64,000 nt of DNA from Nitrosopumilus sp. GTDB lineage: Archaea > Thermoproteota > Nitrososphaeria > Nitrososphaerales > Nitrosopumilaceae. The first letter of the stretch is position 1. Every line of letters starts with the position of its first letter. The position numbers were made by a program, and so were the translations under genes. Location: contig OZ243974.1 of the NCBI GenBank assembly GCA_965214775.1, positions 2,272,001 through 2,336,000 on the forward strand, written 5' to 3'. The notes beneath the pieces are model-generated. The model made no database searches. It was not told where the DNA came from and saw only the letters and a list, made by a program, of their open reading frames with translations. Shown here one piece after another: positions 19,703-29,397 of the stretch.

Positions 19703-20261
19703 AGTATATTACAAAACTGTCCCCGATGGTAAATTCTCTTTCAAAGTCTTCAAAATGATTAATCGGATAAGGTGGCAATTCTTCAGGAATTCTAAAACTG
19801 ATTTTTATGGTTTGCTCGTCTAACAATGTAAGATCCATCAATTCTCGAGAAAGTGTATGATTCATTCTTACAAAGGTAGTTGAATGAGGATGAGGAGAAT
19901 CAGGTGAGATTTCGCTATTTTTTATTGGTACTGTGTACTTGTAATAATCAGTCAGCGGGTTGTAAAAGACCGGAATCATCACTGCTGCCACCGTGACAAT
20001 TCCAGCTATTAGCAAAATCGAATTTTTCATATCTGATGATGCATTAAAGAAAGAAAAAAGGTTATGGGTTGGTCCAATAATAGGAACCAAGACTCTCTAC
20101 GAGAATTCCAACTATCTAGGGATTTGACGCTGAAGGATCATGATGGAGGGCAGAGGCACAATAGTTGAGATTCAAACCATCATCGCTTAAATCATGCCGC
20201 AATGCTTGAGCCAGATATGGCGTCATTTCAACTGCATTGATTATGGTCTGCGGCCCAGTAT

Positions 20262-21611
20262 CAGTAGACGGAAATGTACCCCCTTTAAATACGTCTGACA
20301 GACGACAGCGTAAAAAAATCTACCAAAAATGTAAACAAATCTAGATCACACAGATCAACTGTAAGGCGCCCCTACCCGCTATAGTGATTGGACAAAATAG
20401 CAGGCAAAAGCACCGCATCAACATGGGCAACAGGGTGCTTAATACCTTGGCAAACATCATAGGCGGCGGGGGCGAGATCAAGTTCTCCAAGCAGCATAAC
20501 GCGCTATACGGACTGTCACAGTTTGTGATGATCCTGGCATCCATGTGCAAATCAGGCCAGACTGCAACAGAGAGCGTGATAGAGTTTGAAGACAGCGAGA
20601 ACCTGCCCACTGCCAGGTGGTTTCACGGAATGGTCCGAACCGCAGGCCTTGACGGAATAAGACAGATTTGCGATGACCTGATGGATATTGCAATCAAGGC
20701 CGCCAAAAAGGGCGGCATTCACAGTAACGGCCCCGTCATGATTGCAATAGACAAGCACGAGATACCGCGGTATGACAAGGACAACATGAAGTATCTGATA
20801 AGATCAAAGCCCAAAAAGGGAACAAGCAAGTTCGAGGCGTATGCGACCATGCAGGCAGTCGACTCTCCTGTCAATGCCACGCTCGGATGCATTCCGCTCA
20901 CAAGGGAGGACTTTGACGCCGATTTCGTGCGTAAATTTGTGAATATTCTCAGGAAATCAAACATAATGTACCGGCTCTTTCTGCTGGACCGGGAGTTCTA
21001 CTCAGTTGACATAATGACAGAGATGTATCATGCAGGAAAAAAGTTCCTGATGCCTGCAATCAAGAATGCCACAGTAAAGAATGCAATAGAGGCGGCACAC
21101 GCAGCAGGCAAGACCAAGGGGAGCTGCGTGTCTGATTTTACCATTACAAACCGCAAAGGCAAGACCGCATCATTTAACCTGGTCATCGTGCCGTCTGCCA
21201 TGCACGGGCAGGAGGGCAAGACAGTAGTGGAACAGTACGTGGCATTTGCCACCAACCTCCCGTTCTCCAACGCGCTGCATGAGATCGATACTGCCTCACC
21301 GGACTACCGGAAGAGGTGGGGCATAGAGACAGGATACAGGCAGATAGAGCAGATACGGGCCAAGACCATAAGCAGGAACCAGGACATCAGGCTGCTTGTA
21401 TTTTTTGTGTCTGTCTTTGTGTACAACATGTGGGCCATCGAGCGCAACAGGGACGACATATGGTGTGCGAGAAGGGATCTTACGTTATTGCGGGTTTCAT
21501 GCGCGCTTCTCATGGCTGCTAGAAGGAATCTTGCAGAATACGGGTTTGCCGGCCCGCCACTGCCGCCGTAGGGTCGAGGTGGCCTTTGGGGGGTTACATT
21601 TCCGTCTACTG
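20262..21611 (+). mobile_element. ISH3-family element, intact
   Basis: 17-bp perfect TIR CAGTAGACGGAAATGTA, 5-bp TSD AGTAT. Confidence 0.93.
20384..21571 (+). CDS. ISH3-family DDE transposase
   Basis: IAID...IPRY, LLDREFYS, FATN, YRKRWGIETGYR. Confidence 0.92.
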   Translation: MIGQNSRQKHRINMGNRVLNTLANIIGGGGEIKFSKQHNALYGLSQFVMILASMCKSGQTATESVIEFEDSENLPTARWFHGMVRTAGLDGIRQICDDLMDIAIKAAKKGGIHSNGPVMIAIDKHEIPRYDKDNMKYLIRSKPKKGTSKFEAYATMQAVDSPVNATLGCIPLTREDFDADFVRKFVNILRKSNIMYRLFLLDREFYSVDIMTEMYHAGKKFLMPAIKNATVKNAIEAAHAAGKTKGSCVSDFTITNRKGKTASFNLVIVPSAMHGQEGKTVVEQYVAFATNLPFSNALHEIDTASPDYRKRWGIETGYRQIEQIRAKTISRNQDIRLLVFFVSVFVYNMWAIERNRDDIWCARRDLTLLRVSCALLMAARRNLAEYGFAGPPLPP

Positions 21612-22256
21612 AGTATAGGTGTCACATACTCTTCCATAGAAAGACATGTACTCGCCTCTATAGACGTGCTCCAAATTAGGAGAGCCATAACTGTCATGAT
21701 CAATCGAGTCGGCCCCTGTGGTTGGTTCATCCCAGGTTTCATAGCAGTTGTTATAGTAGCATCCGCCTAGTGAGATTCTAGCATAAATCTCATATGGAAC
21801 TTGAACTTGGGTCCAAGCATATGCTTCTGGCAAAACCACATCCCAGAAATCAATCGACACATTTTTTACTTCTGCCTCGATTTGTCGGATTCTTTCAATC
21901 TCTTCCTGTGTTGCGCCTGGCTGGTGCCTTAGTGCATCAACGTCACATTCTGAATTTCGCTCACAAGCAGCAATATGTGAAACCTCGCCCCAGTAATCTT
22001 CGTCTAAAATGAATAATTCGATTGGAACGCTACCGAGTTCAGCTAGTTTGTTAAAGTTGCCAGCATGTTTTTTTGCTAAATTAACAAATTTCGGGTCTCC
22101 GAGAATTTCTACTAGTCTGTCATTTATTTCTGCTTTGGTTGTTGGAACTGTATGTTGTTCTTCAATCCAACGTATGAGGTCACCTATTCCCCCACATTAG
22201 GTCAAATATTGATGACGATGCCGATCCTTATACCATGATCGCGTATACTAGACATT

Positions 22257-24931
22257 ATGAAAGGTCAACCCTCCACATACTGTGAGATCGAGGCATCTAT
22301 GGCATCGTCGACGGAGAAGATACAGAGTCTGGAAAAGGGCATCAAGGAACGTGACAACATCATCAAGGAACGTGACAACATCATCAAGGAACGTGACACG
22401 ACCATTGAGAAACTAAACAACATAATCAAGGATCAGGGCAGCAGGCTCCGATACTATGAGAACGAGAACTCGCCCCCGTCGGCAGACTCGCTTGCGTGGA
22501 AGGAGCAAAAGGCACAGAGGAAAAAGGAGAGGGCCCGATCCGATGCTGCAGCCGGGAATGACGTAGTATCCTCGGCTACCAATTGATCACAAAAAGGACA
22601 ATTTTTTTCAACCAAAGGATCTAAGAGCTATTAGTCCCATATATACACATGAAAGGAAAGAAGGAATTACCGACGGGAACAGCGTTCCTGTACGGGATAG
22701 CAAGCAAGGACGAGCTTTTTAGGATGCACAAGTCCGAGAAGGACGCCAAGGCGGCAATCCGGCTCCTTGCATACCACATGAGAAAGTGCGGCGCGAGCAT
22801 ATATGATATTGCCGAGAAGCTGAGCAGGCCGTATGGAACCGTACGATACTGGCTGGTGCGTGCGCACAAGCATGGCCTGGAGGGCAGGTTTGACATAAAG
22901 CATGGCGCCCCGTGCAGGCTCGACAAGAAACAGCTTGAACGGCTGCGCGCAGACCTGATCAAGGGCCCGGACAACTGCGGCTTTAAGGCCACAACATGGA
23001 CAGGGCCGCTGGTCATTGCCCACGTCAAAAAGAAGTTCGGCATCACGTATGCAGAAACGAGCATGTACGACCTGCTGCACAGAATCGGCTTCTCATGCAG
23101 AAAGCCCAGGCCAAAACACCCAAAATCAGCCTCAGAATCCGAGAAAAAGGAGTTCAAAAAAAAGCTAGGCAGAGCGCAAAGTACTATTCAAAAAAGGGGT
23201 ACACGGTAATGATAGGCGACGAGTCCATGTTCATACTGGGATGGAACGTCAAGAACAGCTGGTACCCCGTAGGAGAGCCGGTCTATACGCCCGTCAGCCT
23301 GTCCAGGAAGCGGTTCTATGTCATAGGGGCCCTCTCAAGAAACAGGTTTGACTATCGCTTTTACGAAAAGGCCAACACGGGAACGTTCTACAAGTTTCTC
23401 AGGACACTGCGCCGCAAGTACGGCAAGGTGTTGTTGTTTGTCGACAACGCATCGTACCACAAGTCAGCAGAACTCAATAGAAAGATGGCCAAGTGGAACG
23501 GGGACGTGGTGCTAAAGTACCTGCCACCGTACGCGCCGGAGCTTAACAACTCGGAGGGGCAGTGGCGCGGGTTCAAAAAGGCGACTTCAAACTGCCTTTA
23601 CAAGACCGTCAAGGAGATGCAGAGATCACTGCGCAGTATGACGCGCAGGGGCGAGATAAAGGTGGTAAAGATGAACAAATGGCTGACGTAGATACTACGG
23701 CACCAGGAATAACAGGAAAAAGCCCGGCGGCCAAAAGGGCCACAAGGGCGTATCGCGCGTCCACCGGCCCACCCGGGTACAAAGGCACTACTTTCCGGGC
23801 GGACAGGCGCCAGAGTGCTGGTGCGGCACCACCACGAAGATCATGAACAGGCCGCAGACACGCGACATGATTGGATTTGAGATCAAGGCGATTGAGACTC
23901 GCCACGAGTCGCAGAGGGCAGTATGCCCAAAGTGCGGCACGTATCATATTGCCCCCAACGGCCTGCCCCGATGCGGCAACTACGACACGAGCGTGGTCAC
24001 AGCCGTCACCAAGCTGCGCAGCGAGGGCGTTCCATACAGCAGGATCCCAGGCATCCTGTCAGATATCACGGGTGTGGACATGTCAAAGTCAACTGCAATC
24101 AACAACGTGGGGCGCGTCTGCGAGGCCGCAAAGGCGCCTGCCGAGGCCATCGCAAAGGAGGTAAAGATCTCAAAGACCGTCTGCATAGACGAGACGGGGA
24201 TCAACCTGGCAGGCAAGACGGGATGGGTGTGGACCATACTGTCAGCAGCAGGCATACTCATGATATACAACAATACAAGGAAGGCCCTGGTTCTGGACCA
24301 GTACATGAGCGGGTACAAGGGTGTCGTCACATCAGACGGATATCCCGCACACAAGAGGTTCGATCCGGGGGGAAGGCACCAGCGGTGCTGGGCGCACGAG
24401 CTGCGGTCCCTCCTGTATGGTTCGCAGAAAAAGGACGCCCCGCTGTTTGCAGGGATCCTGTACCGGCAGGGGCAGCAGCTGTTCGGAGACGCCAAGACGT
24501 GTCTGGAAGGGTGGGACAAGCTGTCCCCTGAGGATCTCCTGGATCTTGAAGAGAGGACGGGAATAAGGGCCGCCGACGGGCTGATGGGCCGGCACTCGCC
24601 GGAGCTGCGCCGGCGGTTTGAGACCAACATGCGCAACGTCCTGTTCGGATACAGGGATACGCAGGACGAATCGTTGAAAGCTCTTGTCAGGCGGATGTAC
24701 AATGCCCTGCCTGGCCTGTTTGCATTCCTGGAATACGAGGACGTCGAGCCCACCAACAATTCTGCAGAGCGGGCGCTGCGCCCCGTCGTATTGCAGGACA
24801 AGATAAGCGGCCAGATCAAGGGCGGCCTGGTCTGGATGGACAGGTACGGATGGCTCAATACATGCACCTCGACGTGGAAGCTGCAGGGCAAGTCCATCAT
24901 GGTTGAGGTAGCCAAAATAATTCAGGGGTAG
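22257..24931 (+). pseudogene. IS66 transposase (512 aa when the IS630 is removed)
   Basis: Coiled coil, NSPPS.D, KPGGQKGHKG, Zn finger, DET, SDGY, QRCWAHELR, PTNNSAERALR; halves rejoin in frame. Confidence 0.9.
22564..23697 (+). mobile_element. IS630-family element type B, copy 2 (A8 allele, two frames: 22649-23209 and through 23691)
   Basis: Same ends and (A)CG target as copy 1; one A shorter in the run at 23156-23163. Confidence 0.93.
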
Positions 24932-24943
24932 GTGACCTCATAC

Positions 24944-25496
24944 GTGCTACCTGTTCGCCTCGATGGACGACGATACGCGCTACTGGCTGGCCTCCGACTT
25001 GGCAGACAGCAAGTTCCAGCACAACGCGGATTCCCTCTTGGAGATAACCAAGAAGCAGGCAGGAAAGAATCCTAGGAACTTCATCACGGACGGCCTGCCG
25101 GCCTATGCCAAGTCCTCAAGGAAGGTATTCGGAAAGGGCACAAACCACGTGAAGCACATCCGTCTGGCAGGAAAAAGGGACAGTGACGACAACAAGATGG
25201 AGAGGCTCAACGGTGAGATCAGAGACCGCGAGAAGGTGTTCAGGGGCCTCAAGAAGATGGATACGGCCATACTTGACGGAATGAGTCTGTCTTTCACTGT
25301 TCTTTCTTCCACCCAGCTGTTCAAGAAGATGGATACGGCCATACTTGACGGAATGAGGGTATACTATAATTTCACAAAAAAGCACGGTGCACTGGACGGC
25401 CAGACCCCTGCAGAATCGGCCCTGATAAGCGTGGACGATGCGAACAAGTGGAAGACGATAATCCAGAACGCCTCACTAAGCAAGGATTCTGTCTAG
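24944..25496 (+). pseudogene. IS6-family-like DDE transposase, 5-prime truncated, with a 72-bp in-frame insertion
   Basis: YLFASMD..TRYWLA, FITDGLPAY, MERLNG.IR.R.K..RG.K, YYNF...H..L.G.TPAE. Confidence 0.82.
25249..25357. repeat. 37-bp perfect direct repeat flanking a 35-bp unique segment
   Basis: TCAAGAAGATGGATACGGCCATACTTGACGGAATGAG at 25249-25285 and 25321-25357. Confidence 0.95.
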
Positions 25497-25729
25497 GTAT
25501 AAACTTTCAATTCGGAGAAGATCCTGTCTCAGGTGTCGAAGATTGCACATAACCTCAGGCCGCATGCCGGTTCACAGAAAGCATGTATACAAATACTTCT
25601 GATACCCCCCGTACCATCCATGCGGCTCTGACATGTCTGCTGCGCTGATTTTTTAAAAGGTTTACACACCCAATTTTATGAATAATCAGAAAATGCAATT
25701 CTTTAATATGTTATTCTTAAAATCATTTT

Positions 25730-26377
25730 ATGGCTTCTGAAAATTCTGAAGAAAAGATTTATCCCTTGGGGTATGAGCCACAAGCAACCCCTGCAAACAC
25801 TGATCCAAACGTAAGAAATCAGTTACTGAATTTTATTTTAAAATCTGGGCCCACCGAAGTCGTAGATACGGATCTGTTTGCTGTAATGGCAAAGAGAAGA
25901 TCCACAAGAAAGTTTTCCAAAAAACCCGTAGAGACAGAAAAAATTGACAAAATTATTGCAGCAGCTGACACTGCCCCTACTGCTGGAAACTATCAGGGAT
26001 TTGAAATATTTTATGTGAAAAGTCCCGAGAAGAAAAAACAGCTTGTTCAAGCCTGCAACAACCAGCCATATGTGGATTCGCCTGTGGTTCTGGTTTTCTG
26101 CAAAAATCCTGCAAGAGTTAAATTTGATTTTTCTGAATATGTCTTGAAAAAATTTGCGATTCAAGATGCAACTCTTGCAGCAGGATACTCGCAGCTGGCA
26201 GCTCAGGCATTGGGGTTGAGCTCAATTTGGATAGGGATGTTTGATGAGCAAAAAGTAATGGATGTCATTGAGTCTGATTTGATACCTTCGTCTGTATTGT
26301 GCATTGGATATCCCGAACAGACCAGGTTTCCAAAACCCCGAAGAAACCTCAAAGACTTGGTTCATGTGGTTTGGTAA
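25730..26377 (+). CDS. Nitroreductase family protein
   Basis: RRSTRKF, APTAGN.Q, GLSS.WIG.F, IGYP. Confidence 0.92.
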   Translation: MASENSEEKIYPLGYEPQATPANTDPNVRNQLLNFILKSGPTEVVDTDLFAVMAKRRSTRKFSKKPVETEKIDKIIAAADTAPTAGNYQGFEIFYVKSPEKKKQLVQACNNQPYVDSPVVLVFCKNPARVKFDFSEYVLKKFAIQDATLAAGYSQLAAQALGLSSIWIGMFDEQKVMDVIESDLIPSSVLCIGYPEQTRFPKPRRNLKDLVHVVW

Positions 26378-26428
26378 GCGTTCCTAAAATTCTCCATATT
26401 TAAATAATGATTCGCCTCTGCATTACAT

Positions 26429-26662
26429 ATGACTGATGCGTACGTGATGCTGAACTGTGAGCTAGGCGCAGAAGAAGAAATTATCGAACAATTAAAAGAA
26501 CTTGAACATGTTGTGGATGTTTTTGAGACTATTGGGACTCATGACATGCTGGTAAAACTACAGGCAGAAAATTTTGAGAAAATCCGAGAAATCGTATCTT
26601 GGAATGTTCAAAAACTCAAGAAAGTACGTTCCACTGCAACTCTCATAAAAAAGGATAATTAA
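26429..26662 (+). CDS. Lrp/AsnC ligand-binding domain protein
   Basis: AYV.LNCE.G, G..D.LVK, VRST.TLI. Confidence 0.85.
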   Translation: MTDAYVMLNCELGAEEEIIEQLKELEHVVDVFETIGTHDMLVKLQAENFEKIREIVSWNVQKLKKVRSTATLIKKDN

Positions 26663-26684
26663 GATCGGCATATGGTAGTTTTTT

Positions 26685-26861
26685 ATGGTTGATGAGAAAA
26701 ACGAAATTGAAAAACTCATTGACAACATGATCTCTGGCGGGGATGAGCTAGTTGCAAATCTTAAGACCGTCCTGCCGGACTCTCTTGCAGAATCCATGGC
26801 CCTGTTTCAGGAATCTAACGTGGAGAACCTGAAAAGGATCAAGGATTTCTTAAACAAGTAA
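26685..26861 (+). CDS. Small hypothetical protein (58 aa, not in the ORF track)
   Basis: Manual translation MVDEKNEIEKLIDNMISGGDELV...KDFLNK*; fills the gap between co-oriented genes. Confidence 0.7.
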   Translation: MVDEKNEIEKLIDNMISGGDELVANLKTVLPDSLAESMALFQESNVENLKRIKDFLNK

Positions 26862-26920
26862 AATTATGATTCTGATAAATACTACCACATCTTTTTTAAC
26901 CATGATCCGAGCTATAATTT

Positions 26921-27319
26921 GTGATCCGAAGCAGAACCATCTCAATAACTGTAAAGAAAGAGACCGGGGATGCATTTGATGCAATCTTACAAATTCCGTC
27001 AAAAATGATACCTGATGGAAAATTTTATGATGACCGATGGTGGACATTTGCAGGACAGCACGGCTCATCCAAGCTCAAATTCAACGAGTGCAAGTCTTTT
27101 GGAATTTCAGATCACAGACACATTGATGAAGAATCCGTTGCTTGGGACGCACCGATGCACGTAGTTTCAAGCGGTGATTACTCTGAAGTAATCATTACAC
27201 TGAACAAGCCTGAAGAACTCAGTGATGAGCAGTTTGATCAAATAATGGAGGATATTGGCCAAATGGCAAACAGCATAAAAAAGATAATTGAATCTTCTCC
27301 TGACTTTTCTCAAGGTTGA
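26921..27319 (+). CDS. SRPBCC/START-like hypothetical protein
   Basis: SRTISITV...AFD, G..DH, C-terminal helix IKKIIE. Confidence 0.6.
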   Translation: MIRSRTISITVKKETGDAFDAILQIPSKMIPDGKFYDDRWWTFAGQHGSSKLKFNECKSFGISDHRHIDEESVAWDAPMHVVSSGDYSEVIITLNKPEELSDEQFDQIMEDIGQMANSIKKIIESSPDFSQG

Positions 27320-27423
27320 ATTTCGGTATGGGTCAGTTGCTCCTCCCGTCATCCCGACATTGAATTTCTCTAAACACTCTGAAAATGGTGATTTTTTTGT
27401 GTCCTGTCAACATGAATAATGCC

Positions 27424-27513
27424 GTACGGGTTTATCCCTCACCTGAGATACGGCGTGGCAGGCGTGATCATGAAGGCTCCAGACACCAGTATGCCTAAGG
27501 GGTAAACTCGTAC
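27424..27513. mobile_element. 90-bp MITE with GTA-starting (IS66-like) ends
   Basis: 16-bp IR with 14/16 match (GTACGGGTTTATCCCT), 9-bp TSD AATAATGCC. Confidence 0.85.
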
Positions 27514-27803
27514 AATAATGCCAGTAGTTCCGATTGTGGCCTGAAAACCCAGCAAAAGGGCAGTTTTTTCTGATCAACCGGATCTATAGCGGGCAACCCG
27601 TAGTGCGTGCAGTTGAAAATCGAATGTTTTTTTGGCGAAATATGCACGACGTGTCAAAATCATATTCCATTTTTTGATGCTGGTACTGGGGTTGTCGCCT
27701 AATTCATCAGAATTTCTGAAAATCATGCGATGTTATCCTGACTAGGTGTGCAAAAAGTGTCAGGAGTTCAGAAAAATGTGCGGATTGTATCAGGCAGGTG
27801 GAA

Positions 27804-28226
27804 TTAGGCCTTGTTCCTGTGTACAAGCTCCGGCGTCTTGGGCGACATGTTCCTCTTGTTCATCTCCCTTCTGATGGAGACGGGGTGGTACCACACGCCG
27901 GCCTTCTCATGTATGTCAGAGCACAGCTTCTTTGGCGTGATTATGCCGTCCTCAGCCGACTTTATGATCTTGGTGATGCGCTCTGGACTTACCCTGGGTG
28001 GTCTGCCGGTACGCGGCTGATCCCGGAGGGCCTTCATGCCGCCATTCTCAAAGCGTGTCATCCATTTGTATGCCCAGCCGACTGACTGCATGAGGCATTC
28101 TGTCGTATTTGCATAGCAGTCATCGTGTATGAATACCATGTTTACTGCGGCTATTCTGACCTTTACCTGCGAATCCTTTTCATTCTTGTATGCATCCTTC
28201 AGGCATACCACGCATGTTCCCGCCAT
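27804..28226 (-). pseudogene. IS630-family transposase N-terminal HTH fragment, no DDE domain
   Basis: W..RFE.GG..AL.D.PRTGRP motif; stops before the catalytic domain. Confidence 0.8.
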
Positions 28227-28458
28227 GTGTCTTGTCAGAGACGGCGATCAAAATACGTTTCGATCCGGCGGGTTTATTTTCACGAACTTTTGTTTCACAC
28301 CATATGCATGAAAAGGAAGAAATTCTTCCTCAAACTTAAATGCAAATTTTGCAATAACAGTATGAGAAATGCCTTATGAAGAAATATATTTTCAAAGATT
28401 AGAAGAAGACAACCCTGAAGATTATGCGAAATTAAAATCCAAAAAACCTGAATAATCT

Positions 28459-28803
28459 TCAGTCCTCCTTTGGCTTGTCTGAATCATCATTTTGATTACC
28501 TCCTGGACCGACCATGTCTTCTGATTTGACCTTGTTGTCCCAACCACCCTTCACTCCTTTGACTAATGAAATAACTCCTCCTGCAATCAAAGCTAGAGTT
28601 ATTCCAAAGAAAACTGTCTGATCAAATATTTTGTATGAACAATTGACTTCTTTAGGCGGCGCTTTGTCTGAATACTCATAACAAGTTCCAAATTCATCTG
28701 CTTCAAATGACGCTGCTTGGTAATCCTGACCAAAAACTCCTAGCACTCCAAACCCGATAAAAATCAAGACTACTCCAATCAGAGTAAATCTCATGTCACT
28801 CAT
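28459..28803 (-). CDS. Hypothetical membrane protein (2 TM)
   Basis: Two hydrophobic segments with a loop Cys pair. Confidence 0.75.
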   Translation of the reverse strand: MSDMRFTLIGVVLIFIGFGVLGVFGQDYQAASFEADEFGTCYEYSDKAPPKEVNCSYKIFDQTVFFGITLALIAGGVISLVKGVKGGWDNKVKSEDMVGPGGNQNDDSDKPKED

Positions 28804-28856
28804 ACAGTTTTTTTCAGATTGTCATATTTACGCTTTGACCTGCATTTGTTATGGCG

Positions 28857-29321
28857 TTATTTTTTCTCTAAATCTGCCTTCAAATTTTCTAATGATGCAT
28901 CATAGAAACTTTCCATAAATGTAACAAAATCCAGAAATTGCTTTTCTGTCATTTTCTTACTGTTGATATATGATTTCCATGTTAACTCGACTAAAGATCC
29001 TGACTTTGGCCTGATTGAAATTGTGGCAACATATGCTCTTAACGGCAATCCTTCAGTTGCAATATATGAAAAATATTCTTTTTCTTTCCAAGCAGTTACA
29101 TGCTCTTCAATCTTGCTTCCATCATCAAACGTGATCAGTCTTACGGCACCTACCCCTCTCTTTTTACTTGAAAGGTAGACTGTTTTCTTTACATCTACAA
29201 CCCATGTGGGCAAGCCTGCAATATCACTAATCTTCCTCCAGACTTTGTCTCTTGCTGCCTTGATTCTGATGGTTTTCTTGACTGACCCGGTATGAAATGC
29301 TTTTTTTGTTTTGTCTGCCAT
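28857..29321 (-). CDS. SRPBCC (polyketide cyclase-like) family protein
   Basis: I.A..DKVW..ISD...LP.W, GVGA.R, C-terminal L.NLK. Confidence 0.88.
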   Translation of the reverse strand: MADKTKKAFHTGSVKKTIRIKAARDKVWRKISDIAGLPTWVVDVKKTVYLSSKKRGVGAVRLITFDDGSKIEEHVTAWKEKEYFSYIATEGLPLRAYVATISIRPKSGSLVELTWKSYINSKKMTEKQFLDFVTFMESFYDASLENLKADLEKK

Positions 29322-29397
29322 GTGCTGTGTTTTTATCTGTCTGGATTTTAAATCTAGCCGTACAACCGTTTTTAATCCTCGTTGAATAACGATACTA

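Larger units (their letters stand above)
17968..20030 (-). pseudogene. Secreted or membrane-anchored hypothetical protein disrupted by ISL2-type copy 2
   Basis: Removing the IS joins ...GDSFVIY|CQENDYGG... in frame; hydrophobic N-terminus MKNSILLIAGIVTVAAV. Confidence 0.8.
20116..22171 (-). pseudogene. Hypothetical gene split by ISH3 and 5-prime truncated at the IS66 end
   Basis: Frame open from the IS66 end through ...VLPEAYAW...VCDTYT| and continues GPQTIINAV... past the ISH3 TSD. Confidence 0.65.
22172..24943 (+). mobile_element. IS66-family element (single ORF, ISBst12-group-like), interrupted by IS630 type B
   Basis: TIR GTATGAGGTCACCTA at both ends; flanks show no TSD. Confidence 0.88.

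Noticed and set aside
23980-24915. Long antisense and alternate-frame ORFs over transposases and housekeeping genes
   Set aside because: Shadow ORFs expected from GC-rich or biased coding sequence.
4086-25357. Calling the three two-unit repeats a CRISPR array
   Set aside because: Each has only two units, the three repeat sequences are unrelated, and no leader or cas gene is visible; reported as repeats and hypotheses only.
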